Assembly: GCA_016933095.1 (NCBI GenBank)
Contig: JAFGBP010000069.1
Span: 1-55,869, forward strand
Direction: 5' to 3'
From: Candidatus Woesearchaeota archaeon
Lineage (GTDB): Archaea; Nanobdellota; Nanobdellia; Woesearchaeales; SM23-78
DNA: 55,869 bases
Made by a program: the position numbers and the translations under genes. Below are positions 42,964-51,846 of the stretch, one piece after another. The stretch's first letter is position 1. Each line of letters begins with the position of its first letter. Under the pieces are notes generated by a model. That model searched no databases. It saw nothing but the letters and a program-made list of their open reading frames with translations, and was not told where the DNA came from.

Positions 42964-44111
42964 CTTCTCCTCTTTTTTGGCCTCTTGCCCTTTTGCGTTG
43001 TCTCTGCAGTGCTCTTGCCTGTTTTCTCTTGGCTGTTTCTGGCGCTCTCTGTCTGGGCTTTTTCGGTTGTCTGGGCGCCTGGTTTGGTGGAGCTAGCATA
43101 GTATATAAATCTTTTCATTACTAAATAGTAGCAAAGGAAATAGATGACGAATAAGAGCCAGCCGATATTCGTATGGAAGAGCCCGACCGCGAACTCAGGA
43201 CTGACATAGATTCCGGTCAGCATAAGCAGGAAGAGCCTCAAGATGTTCACAAAGTAGACTCCGACAAAGCCAAGGAGTGACGCTCCTAAGTAAGGAAGCT
43301 TCCTCATCTTTGCATGATCAAGCGCAAAGATGCCGACAGAGAACGCCACGAACAAGAACATGGACTCGATGCCCGAACAAGGAGGCCCAATAGAGACTGT
43401 GAAGTTCGAGACCTGAAGCAGCGGCGCTTCACCAATCAAACTATAAGACGTAGGGAAAAGAGGCTGGAAGAGGAACGCGAGGATATTTGTTATGGTGGCA
43501 GAGAAAAGACGCCACTGGTTCTGGAAGAACATGAGCAGGTTATAACATATTACTGCGGCGATTGCAGTGATCCAAAGCTCCTTCCTGAACTCGGAATAGA
43601 AGCGCTTGAGGTAATCAAAGGAGAACGTGGCTAATAGGAACGAACCGAATGCAATGACAAGAACCAAAATGCTCGAGGCGTAGACTGCATAGAATGAGGG
43701 CCCTGATGTTATCTCGTAGGCGTTGCTGATGAAGCGAAGCCCATAATAAGCCGTCACGAGCAGGAAGCCGAGAATGCCGAATATGACTGTCTTAGGAATG
43801 TCCTGCTTGGGATGGGCGATGTTATTAATCCTCCTCTGATAATAGAGGGTGAAGAACATGCCAGCCAAGGCAAACACCTTAAGGCCGTCGCTCTTGCTGA
43901 AAACCCTTGTTGCCTCCGTCATCCTGAGAAGCGTCAAGTGGAAGTAATCAATGGGGAAACGGAAAAGGAACGTGACTCCAAGGAAGATAGCGACTAGGAT
44001 GACTCCCTTAATTATGAACTCCTTGGTGTTCTTCCTCTCCCCAAGCGAGCCAAAGATGCTCTTATTCTTTGCCATCTTCTCCATGATCATCATCTCATCA
44101 TTGCCTGCCAA
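42960..44111 (-). CDS. Archaeosortase (exosortase/archaeosortase family transpeptidase), probably the PEF-CTERM-specific type.
   Basis: Polytopic membrane protein with SIGPPCSGIESMF (Cys245, codon at 43377-43379), VNILRLFLL (Arg292) and LFHTNIGW (His313). It lies 3.7 kb from three PEF-CTERM genes and is translationally coupled on both sides. Confidence 0.85.
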   Translation of the reverse strand: MAGNDEMMIMEKMAKNKSIFGSLGERKNTKEFIIKGVILVAIFLGVTFLFRFPIDYFHLTLLRMTEATRVFSKSDGLKVFALAGMFFTLYYQRRINNIAHPKQDIPKTVIFGILGFLLVTAYYGLRFISNAYEITSGPSFYAVYASSILVLVIAFGSFLLATFSFDYLKRFYSEFRKELWITAIAAVICYNLLMFFQNQWRLFSATITNILAFLFQPLFPTSYSLIGEAPLLQVSNFTVSIGPPCSGIESMFLFVAFSVGIFALDHAKMRKLPYLGASLLGFVGVYFVNILRLFLLMLTGIYVSPEFAVGLFHTNIGWLLFVIYFLCYYLVMKRFIYYASSTKPGAQTTEKAQTESARNSQEKTGKSTAETTQKGKRPKKRRR

Positions 44112-45234
44112 GCGCTTTCCTATAGACCTCCAAGGTCTGCTCGGCTATCTTGTCCCAGTTGTACTTCTGCTTCACAAGCTCTTTTGCCTTCCTGCCCTTG
44201 GTGTTGACAGTGGCTTTATGCTTAAGCATGAAATCCATCTTCCTGGCAAGATCGTTTACGGTTCTTACCTTGAAGCTGAAAGAGACAGAATCATCAACGA
44301 CCTCGAGGTTCTCTGCGATGTCAGAGACGAGAGGGCACTTGCCAAAACTCATAGCCTCTAATAAGACTATCGGCATCCCTTCTATGGTTGACGGGAGGAC
44401 GAAGAACGAGCAGTTGGAGAAAGCCTCAGTCTTCTCATCACCGTAGAGAGGACCTGTGAAAATGATCCTCTTGTCATCCCCTGCCGATTCCTTGACTTTC
44501 TTCAGGTAATCATCAGTGTGAGTGGTGGGCCCGGCAATCACGAGCTTCTGCCTGGTCTTGAGCTTCCTGAATGCCTTTACTAAGGTGTGCGCCTCCTTCT
44601 CAGGTACGATACGGCTAAGGAAAAGGATGTAACCATCCCTCTTCAGACCAAAGCGCTTCAAAGACTTGATAAGCCTGCTCTTAGGGATGTTGACCCCGTT
44701 AGGGATGACGGTGACATCAGTGAAGTTGAAACGATTCTTACAATAATCCTTGATCTTGTTAGAGACAGAGATGACCTTGTTCTTCAACAAGTACGTCGCC
44801 CTCTCAGAGAACTTGATGTAAGCCCTTGCGAGCCTTCCCCACTTCTCACGCTCCCAATCAATGCCATGAAAGGTGACGACTGTCTTCTTTCCGGCGATCT
44901 TTGGCAATAGAGAGAAGATGCCGTTGGCCATTGCATGGAAATGCACGATGTCAAAGTCGCTCAAGGCAGCTACCATGCTGGCAGCCGTGGAGTGCACGAT
45001 CGCCTCAGTCGTCTTGGTATTAAGCGTCGGGATGTTCTTGAGATTCACACCCCGGTAAGACTTATGCCTCGTCAAGCAGTACTGCGACCTGCAAAACACA
45101 GTCACGTCGCACCCAAGCTTCGCTAAGCGCGTCGAGATCTCCTCGACAGCGACCTCGATACCGCCATTCGAAGCAGGTATCCCCCGAAGGCCGATCATGG
45201 CGACTTTGATCCTGTCCTTGTCTTTTCCGACCAT
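44098..45234 (-). CDS. Glycosyltransferase family 4 (GT-B, group 1).
   Basis: IKVAMIGLRGIPASNGGIEVAVEE...LPSTIEGMPIVLLEAMSFGKCPLVSD (the E..G....EAM..G.P motif). Confidence 0.85.
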   Translation of the reverse strand: MVGKDKDRIKVAMIGLRGIPASNGGIEVAVEEISTRLAKLGCDVTVFCRSQYCLTRHKSYRGVNLKNIPTLNTKTTEAIVHSTAASMVAALSDFDIVHFHAMANGIFSLLPKIAGKKTVVTFHGIDWEREKWGRLARAYIKFSERATYLLKNKVISVSNKIKDYCKNRFNFTDVTVIPNGVNIPKSRLIKSLKRFGLKRDGYILFLSRIVPEKEAHTLVKAFRKLKTRQKLVIAGPTTHTDDYLKKVKESAGDDKRIIFTGPLYGDEKTEAFSNCSFFVLPSTIEGMPIVLLEAMSFGKCPLVSDIAENLEVVDDSVSFSFKVRTVNDLARKMDFMLKHKATVNTKGRKAKELVKQKYNWDKIAEQTLEVYRKALGRQ

Positions 45235-45264
45235 GTTATTCCGTCATCCTTACTTTATCAATCA

Positions 45265-45918
45265 TCAGTCCTTGCTGATCAGCACTGTGAAAGTCGCAGG
45301 CATGCAGAGCAGCCTGTTGCTCACGATCCTGTAGCTGAACTTATGCTTCTTCGACACCTTGTCAAGCATCCTCTTCAGGTCGTTCTTTCCCAACAGGTAC
45401 ATGTAGCTTCCCGTCGCCCACTTCTTGCCGAGCACCTTATATATTGTATCGCAAGCGCCCTTAGGCAGCCAGTGGAACAATGGCAGCTTGGTATGGGTCT
45501 CCATCGGGAACCACCTGTTAGGCGTCGTGAACACGATCTTCCTCTTGCACACGCGAAGCATCTCTGAGATGAAGAGCTCCTGGCGCTTTTCAGGTCCGAC
45601 ATGCTCAATCACTGCGTTGCTCCAGACAAAGTCAAAGCTGTCCTTCTTGAAAGGGAATATCTTCCCGTTGTAGGTCACTGCCTTGACACCCAGATACCTC
45701 TTCCTGAAGTTGCCCAGCTTCTCGATTCCAAGAGCCGTGATCATCCTCCTGTGAGGATAGTTTCTCTCAAGGGTGTTGTCGTTGCCCATGTAATCCTTGT
45801 CCTGGACGCCCACGTCCAAGACCTTGTCATTCCTTGTCGGAGAGCAGAACCTGAGGAACTGCTTGTACTTCCTTGCCCTGCTCCTGTTCATGAAAAACTC
45901 AAATATATTCTTCATCAT
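45265..45918 (-). CDS. Class I SAM-dependent methyltransferase.
   Basis: KVLDVGVQD (motif I-like) and FDFVWSNAVIEHV (Methyltransf_11-like). Confidence 0.75.
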   Translation of the reverse strand: MMKNIFEFFMNRSRARKYKQFLRFCSPTRNDKVLDVGVQDKDYMGNDNTLERNYPHRRMITALGIEKLGNFRKRYLGVKAVTYNGKIFPFKKDSFDFVWSNAVIEHVGPEKRQELFISEMLRVCKRKIVFTTPNRWFPMETHTKLPLFHWLPKGACDTIYKVLGKKWATGSYMYLLGKNDLKRMLDKVSKKHKFSYRIVSNRLLCMPATFTVLISKD

Positions 45919-45919
45919 A

Positions 45920-47146
45920 TCACCGCCTGTATTCTTCTATGGTTTTTTTATACGTTTTCATTAGCTTTGTGAAATAGCCTTTTTCACTGCATTCTCTTTT
46001 TATGAATAAGATTGCTGCAGATCCCATCTCCCTTCGATTCTTGACTGTCATTTTCTCTGCGCACAGTATCTTCTCTTTCAAGTCCTTGACTGATCGAGAT
46101 TCGAACAGGAATCCAGTCTTACTATCTTGGATGAGTTCAGGGATCCCCCCTATCCTGGCGCCTATCACTGGCGTTCCATCCCCGAGCGATTCGATGGCTG
46201 AAAAAGGATTGTTCTCATAGCATTCTGACGGGACTATTGTGAACCATGCCCCGCTCCTAAGGTTCTCGAGTTCCTTTCCCTGCTTATAGCCTAAGAACGA
46301 TATCTTGTCTGACTTATACCTTCCTGAAAGGTCATCTAACAGCGGACCATTACCGACAATCTTGAGCTTCACTCCAGCTTCCTTTGCTGCTTGGCAGAGG
46401 GTCGGTATCCCTTTCTCCCTGCTAAGCCTGCCCAGATAGAGGAAGTACCTGTCCTTTGCAGGCATTGAACTCTTTCCAGGTTTCTCGTAGTAATTGCTTA
46501 TTACTGTGAATTTGTTCTTATCGTATCCGAATTCCAGGTATTTGTTCATGAGGAACCTACTCGGGGAGATGAAAGTGGTTATCATCTTGCCGAGTCCCTG
46601 AAGATCATTTGATATCCTCTCCGTCGCAGACACTACGCTAGGCAATAGCGAATCCTTTATACACCTCTCCAGTATCGGAGCCAGGTAGTTGTGCTTGCAT
46701 CTCTCGCAGACATTGCCGTGGGACAGCATGACATGGTTCGGACAGATTAGTTGGTAATCATGGAGTGTCCAGACCATAGGTATCTTCCTTTTGTAGGCCT
46801 CGCGGATTATGCTTATTGTGAGGTGTCTGTGGATGTTATGTAAGTGTATAATGTCTGGTTGGAAGAAATTCAGAGCCTCGCAGAACTTCTTCCTGGCATC
46901 GGTAGAATAGAAGACCCTTCTCAAGACCTTGGCCTTCGACCCCAAGGATTTCTTTTTCATCTCTTCCGGGAAATCGATGTATTCTGCGAAGAACCTGCTG
47001 AATTTGTACTTGATGTTTTGCGGGTGGTGCATCGAGAAGTGCATCACTTCATGCCCTTTCTTTTCCAGCAGTTCGCCTATCTGGAGCGCGTTCTTTTCGG
47101 CTCCTCCCCTTACATAATGGAACTTGTTCACAATCATTACTTTCAT
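45920..47146 (-). CDS. Glycosyltransferase family 4 (GT-B, group 1).
   Basis: MKVMIVNKFHYVRGGAEK...YLGRLSREKGIPTL...VPSECYENNPFSAIESLGDGTPVIGARIGGIPELI. Confidence 0.85.
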   Translation of the reverse strand: MKVMIVNKFHYVRGGAEKNALQIGELLEKKGHEVMHFSMHHPQNIKYKFSRFFAEYIDFPEEMKKKSLGSKAKVLRRVFYSTDARKKFCEALNFFQPDIIHLHNIHRHLTISIIREAYKRKIPMVWTLHDYQLICPNHVMLSHGNVCERCKHNYLAPILERCIKDSLLPSVVSATERISNDLQGLGKMITTFISPSRFLMNKYLEFGYDKNKFTVISNYYEKPGKSSMPAKDRYFLYLGRLSREKGIPTLCQAAKEAGVKLKIVGNGPLLDDLSGRYKSDKISFLGYKQGKELENLRSGAWFTIVPSECYENNPFSAIESLGDGTPVIGARIGGIPELIQDSKTGFLFESRSVKDLKEKILCAEKMTVKNRREMGSAAILFIKRECSEKGYFTKLMKTYKKTIEEYRR

Positions 47147-48456
47147 TCTTTCACATCAATTCTCTTCTTATCATCCAGTATCCTGTTTTCCAAACCGAGA
47201 AGGATGAAAAATGGAAACGTGTAATACAGATTATAATCTAACTGACTGTCCGTTATCATGGTTATGATGAAGAATATGAACATGCAGGCGAGGACTGCGT
47301 TCTCTTTGGCGTTCATCCAAACTCTCAGTCCCTGCATGCCGGTGAAGGTTATGAAAACTGCAAATCCGATGATTCCTACTTCAAGCAGAACCCTTATGAA
47401 ATCGTTGTGTGGGACACTGATATCGAACTTCTCCAGAATGTCAATGCTGCTTCCGACACCGGTGCCTGTAAGCGGACTCGCGTCGAAGACGCTCAAGGAC
47501 TCTTTCCAGAGGTTTATCCTGCCGCTTGATATGTAATTGAGGTTTGATTCTGCGTATCTGGCGTCCTGTTTGAATGCGTACTCTGAAATGGGGCCTGCAA
47601 AGGCTATAACCATGATCACTGCGACAGGAAGGATGTATTTCAGCTTGTTCTTGTAGTAGACGTATGCTATGATCGTGACGAAAAGTCCAAGTATCGCGGC
47701 CCTTGTTATGGTGGCTAATGTGAATGCTATCGCAACCAGTTCCATCAGGAGGTATTTTTTCTGGCGGTACTTATCATATAGGTAAAGTGCCGCATAGAAT
47801 GCCAGAGAGAAGAATAGTGCCAACGGAACCGGATGGACTGCGCCTCCGCTGAATCGCCCTCCCCTCTCGTTGTCTTGGAGGAACAGGTTATCCCCTTGGA
47901 GTATTTGGATCGGATAAACCACCAGAATAGATATGAGTGCCGACACCACGATTATCTTCATGATCTTCTCCCTTGATATGCCTTGGATATTGTAGAATAT
48001 CATGAGAGTCAGGAGATATTGCGCGATATTTGCCAGCACCTTCACTCCATTGAAAAGGTTGCTTGTGTAGAGGAGTGAGCTGGCAGAGATCAAGGTAAAT
48101 ATGAGGAACAGGACTGTATTCTTATCAAGCTTTATCTGCTTTATCTTGAAGAATCCTACTAGCAGGAAGATGATCTGCCCGACGGTTATGAATGCATTCG
48201 GGTTAAGGCCGCCCATCTCCCCTGGAGCAAAGAACAGGTATCCGAAATTTATGCCGGATACGTACAGGACCAGTTCCAAACCCTTGTTGTATCTCATGAT
48301 GCTGACGATGAGTGCGAGCGCGGGGAATAGGAAAAGGACGTGTTTATCGATGAAGCACCCTATCACGAACCCGATTGCCAGGATTATCATGTCTGGACTT
48401 AGGCTCTCCGGCCTGTTTTTTCTTCTCTCGTTTTCTGTGGCTTCATGCGCTTTCAT
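47143..48456 (-). CDS. O-antigen ligase / Wzy-like polymerase family membrane protein.
   Basis: At least 10 predicted TM helices. TRAAILGLFVTIIAY...GRINLWKESLSVFDASPLTGTGVGS...PHNDFIRVLLEVGIIGF is the O-antigen-ligase-type loop. Confidence 0.7.
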   Translation of the reverse strand: MKAHEATENERRKNRPESLSPDMIILAIGFVIGCFIDKHVLFLFPALALIVSIMRYNKGLELVLYVSGINFGYLFFAPGEMGGLNPNAFITVGQIIFLLVGFFKIKQIKLDKNTVLFLIFTLISASSLLYTSNLFNGVKVLANIAQYLLTLMIFYNIQGISREKIMKIIVVSALISILVVYPIQILQGDNLFLQDNERGGRFSGGAVHPVPLALFFSLAFYAALYLYDKYRQKKYLLMELVAIAFTLATITRAAILGLFVTIIAYVYYKNKLKYILPVAVIMVIAFAGPISEYAFKQDARYAESNLNYISSGRINLWKESLSVFDASPLTGTGVGSSIDILEKFDISVPHNDFIRVLLEVGIIGFAVFITFTGMQGLRVWMNAKENAVLACMFIFFIITMITDSQLDYNLYYTFPFFILLGLENRILDDKKRIDVKE

Positions 48457-49818
48457 CTATTCACCTTTCAATGTTTTCTTTTTCGAGTGGTTCTTGTCCT
48501 CTATGTTGCACTTGAATGCGATCTTCTTTCCGTTGCTCTCCACAGGGAACTTCTTAGTGAACTTTATGTTGAGGTTCCGGCATCCGAGCGTCTTCTTGAT
48601 TATCTTCGAGATTGCACTTATATCATTTCTAGTTATCTTTTCTGATTGCACTATGTTGAGATCTGTTGTGTCTATAGTCTGCTGGACGACTTGGAATTCT
48701 CCAATGTTTAGCTGGCTCTTCTCGACGAGCTCTTTAATCAGGCCTCCGCTTATCTTCTCGTATTTTCTGTTGCGCAGTATCTCGTATATCCTTCCGATTC
48801 TGATGGAGAACTCGGAGAAGGGGTGATTGGAACCAGATTTTGTCCTCTTGTTCATCATGCCGACATCCCCTATCTGATACCTTATCAGCGGCATTCCGTA
48901 GCTTTCCAATGAGGTGATGAGAATGTTGTCTTTGCTGTCCAGCTCTATGATGATGAAGTCATCTGAGCTGTGCATGACATAGTTCAGGTTCTCTATGGCT
49001 ATCGAAGGTATCTCTGTGGCTCCGTAGTGGTCTATGACTTGGCATCCAAATGTCTTCTCTATGAATTCCCTGTGATTAAGGCTTTCTGCAGTGGTGATTA
49101 TTTTCTTGAGCTGGTGGATATTCAGGCCTCTTTGTTCTATGAGTTTTGCCAGTTCATATATCATCCCAGCGAATCCGTACATGTAGTCCGGCTTGAACTT
49201 GTTGAACTCGTTCTTGATCCATTCTTCAAGCTCTTCGTCGGTGTACTTGAAAACATTGAACCTGATGCTTCTCTTGCATACCTCCGGGATAATAGAATCC
49301 ATGGCCTTTTTCAGGGGCGTCTTGTGCGGCTCAATCTCTCCCCATATCCAAGCGATTTTGTCCCCTGGTTCGACTCCCACCTGGTTGAGGTCTCTCATCC
49401 AGATGGCATTAGATATCTCAAAATACCGCTGGTCCTTGAATACGGTCACTTTGTTTCCGGTGGACCCTCCGGAGTGATGGGTCAGGATCTTAAACTTCTT
49501 ATGGCTCTTCAGCCGGTTTAGGTTGTCCTCTATTCTCTTCTTTGTCAGTATTGGTATCTTCTGAAGGTCATCCATGGAATCAATCTTGTCTGGGTCGATT
49601 CCTTCTTTGTCGAAAACTTCCCTGTAATAATCTGTCGTGTCGTATGCGTGCCTGAGTATCTTCCTCAGCCTGTCGAGCTGATACTTCCTGATCGCATTAT
49701 GGTCCATCCTCAGGTTCCTTTTGTACCTGTAATAGTGCAGGAATCTCAAGTCGCCTTCCAAAAGATATCTTGCCGGAAGGAGTATTTTGCTGTATATCTG
49801 GCTTATGAATCTCATCAT
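48457..49818 (-). CDS. Adenylate-forming enzyme of the phenylacetate-CoA ligase / CapK / F390-synthetase family.
   Basis: THHSGGSTGNKVTVF (P-loop-like AMP motif), YGATE, and the overall PaaK-like length of 453 aa. Confidence 0.75.
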   Translation of the reverse strand: MMRFISQIYSKILLPARYLLEGDLRFLHYYRYKRNLRMDHNAIRKYQLDRLRKILRHAYDTTDYYREVFDKEGIDPDKIDSMDDLQKIPILTKKRIEDNLNRLKSHKKFKILTHHSGGSTGNKVTVFKDQRYFEISNAIWMRDLNQVGVEPGDKIAWIWGEIEPHKTPLKKAMDSIIPEVCKRSIRFNVFKYTDEELEEWIKNEFNKFKPDYMYGFAGMIYELAKLIEQRGLNIHQLKKIITTAESLNHREFIEKTFGCQVIDHYGATEIPSIAIENLNYVMHSSDDFIIIELDSKDNILITSLESYGMPLIRYQIGDVGMMNKRTKSGSNHPFSEFSIRIGRIYEILRNRKYEKISGGLIKELVEKSQLNIGEFQVVQQTIDTTDLNIVQSEKITRNDISAISKIIKKTLGCRNLNIKFTKKFPVESNGKKIAFKCNIEDKNHSKKKTLKGE

Positions 49819-49819
49819 T

Positions 49820-50770
49820 TCACCTATTCCTTATGAGTCTCGATATACTGGCCGGCATCATGAGCAAGGCTGTCTTCTTCAAGACATACGATGGCTCAAG
49901 CTTTCCCAGGTTTTGCAGGATTAGCTTCAATGCGACCTTCTTGTCGGTGTAGACTGCGAGGTTTATTATCGTCTTGAGGCCGTTGTATGACCCTTTCCCG
50001 TCTTTTATGCCTCTGGCCTTCATCTCGTTCTCCGGATCGAACTTGTCGTAGCTATCCTTCCCTGTCTTTCTTCTCTGCCAGTAGAATTCCTTTGCCTTCT
50101 CTGCAAGGAATGCCTGCTTCTCTGATTTAGTGGATGATATCCCTTCGTCATTTACCCTGTATTCTACAAGCGCTTCTGGGATGTTGTCTATCCCGTATCC
50201 TTTTGAGATAACATTCAGCATGAAATCGTAGTCCTGTGCAAACCTGAATTTCGTCCTGTACTGGAATTCCCTGCTGTTCCTGAACATCACTGACGAATGG
50301 ATTATATGGTTTCTCCTGACGATCTTCCTGAGATTGTTTTCCTTCCCGCAGATGCTGTCTATCCTGAACCTCGTTCCCTTGCTGGATATCCCTGTTGCAT
50401 AGCTCCCGACAAGGAAGATATCGGGGTGTGATTCAAGGTATTTGAGTTCCTTCTCCAGCCTGGTAGGATACGAGTTGTCGTCTGAGTCCTGGATTGCGAC
50501 GTATTTCCCTCTGGCTCTTGACAGCCCCCTGTTCCTTGTCTCAGCGGCCCCCATGTTCTTGCTGTTCCTCAGCACCTTTATCCTTTTGTCTGACTTGGCA
50601 TATTTGAGGATAGTCTTCAGGGAGCCGTCTGTGGATCTGTCGTCTATGATTATGAGCTCCCATTCTTTCATAGTTTGGCTAAGGACGCTCTCTATTGATG
50701 CTTTCAGGAATGCATCCTGATTGTACACTGCCATGATTACAGTCACCATGGGAGTCTTCATGGGCAGCAC
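49820..50770 (-). CDS. Glycosyltransferase family 2.
   Basis: VTVIMAVYNQDAFLKASIESVLSQTMKEWELIIIDDRSTDGS...YVAIQDSDD (DxD). Confidence 0.85.
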   Translation of the reverse strand: MLPMKTPMVTVIMAVYNQDAFLKASIESVLSQTMKEWELIIIDDRSTDGSLKTILKYAKSDKRIKVLRNSKNMGAAETRNRGLSRARGKYVAIQDSDDNSYPTRLEKELKYLESHPDIFLVGSYATGISSKGTRFRIDSICGKENNLRKIVRRNHIIHSSVMFRNSREFQYRTKFRFAQDYDFMLNVISKGYGIDNIPEALVEYRVNDEGISSTKSEKQAFLAEKAKEFYWQRRKTGKDSYDKFDPENEMKARGIKDGKGSYNGLKTIINLAVYTDKKVALKLILQNLGKLEPSYVLKKTALLMMPASISRLIRNR

Positions 50771-51846
50771 CTCTTTAGGTATGATGCCTCATAGATGCGC
50801 GGAGGCACTGTTCTTTTGTCTGACACCTTCACATCCAATAATCCTGTTCTGCGGTCAAGATGCAAATCGAGTTGCTTATTTATCCATGCAGATTCAAGGC
50901 TCTTGTCTTCTGTAGACCTGTTTGTGAATGCTCCTATAGCGCACGCCATTTCAAAACCAGTCATGTTATATCTGAACATGAACCTGTTCATGCTCTCTGC
51001 CGGAAGATGCTTCTTGTTCGCCTCTTCCAGGGAATTCGCGATAAGTTTTATTATCCGGTCATCCCTCCAGACATTTCCTTGCGGATCTTCCTTTCGTATT
51101 AGCGCTAGTCCCAGTAAGGTGAATGATAAGTATCCTATGCTCTCTTCCCAGAGTTGCTTTCTCTTCCTTATCCGTTGGACTTTCCTGAGAAGATACTGGT
51201 GGGGCTGGCCGATCAACACGTTTTCGTCTATCCACATGTCCATTATCTTTCCGCTCCTCCTGATCGTGCGAGGAAGCCTGTCCATGAACATAGAATATCT
51301 CTTCAAGAGAGTCTTGTTCTTGAGTGCTCTTCCTGCTCTCAAGTGCATCAATGCAAACCAGACCTGCTGGTTCATCGAATGGTTGATTCCCAGGCTTTCC
51401 CCTTCCTTGCTATGCATATTCCAGAGGCCTAGGTTGGTATCAAAGCAATGGTTCTGGAGTACGGTTTCTGCAGTGCGCAGGGCTTCTTTTGACTTGAGCA
51501 CAGAGCCTGCTGCAAGGAGGGCTTCTACCGCCCATGCCTGCCCTATGAGCCCGTTGACCTCGATTTCTTTTCGGCTGCTCTCGCAGCACCTGAATGCGTG
51601 TCCTCCATGTCTCTCAAAGCTGTCAATGAGATACTTGGCTGATTTCATCGCTCCTAACTTGTATCTTGGCTGCTTGGTCATCTTGTATGTCTCGAGAAGC
51701 ACCAGAGTCTGGTGAGCTGTGATCCTTACGGGCGTGTCTTTGTTTTTCCAGGGGCCATTATGCCCTGCAGGAAAGCTTCCATCCTTTAGCTGGATCTTCA
51801 AGGCACGATCCGCATTCTTCACCATGATGTTGTCCAAGTCAGTCAT
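50758..51846 (-). CDS. Hypothetical protein, helical-repeat (possibly alpha/alpha-toroid-like), embedded in the glycan operon.
   Basis: 362-aa ORF that overlaps both neighbours (4 nt and 13 nt). QLKDGSFPAGHNGPW...NGLIGQAWAVEALLAA...LGLWNMH resembles terpenoid-cyclase/glycoside-hydrolase-like toroid repeats. This is a weak call. Confidence 0.6.
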   Translation of the reverse strand: MTDLDNIMVKNADRALKIQLKDGSFPAGHNGPWKNKDTPVRITAHQTLVLLETYKMTKQPRYKLGAMKSAKYLIDSFERHGGHAFRCCESSRKEIEVNGLIGQAWAVEALLAAGSVLKSKEALRTAETVLQNHCFDTNLGLWNMHSKEGESLGINHSMNQQVWFALMHLRAGRALKNKTLLKRYSMFMDRLPRTIRRSGKIMDMWIDENVLIGQPHQYLLRKVQRIRKRKQLWEESIGYLSFTLLGLALIRKEDPQGNVWRDDRIIKLIANSLEEANKKHLPAESMNRFMFRYNMTGFEMACAIGAFTNRSTEDKSLESAWINKQLDLHLDRRTGLLDVKVSDKRTVPPRIYEASYLKRCCP

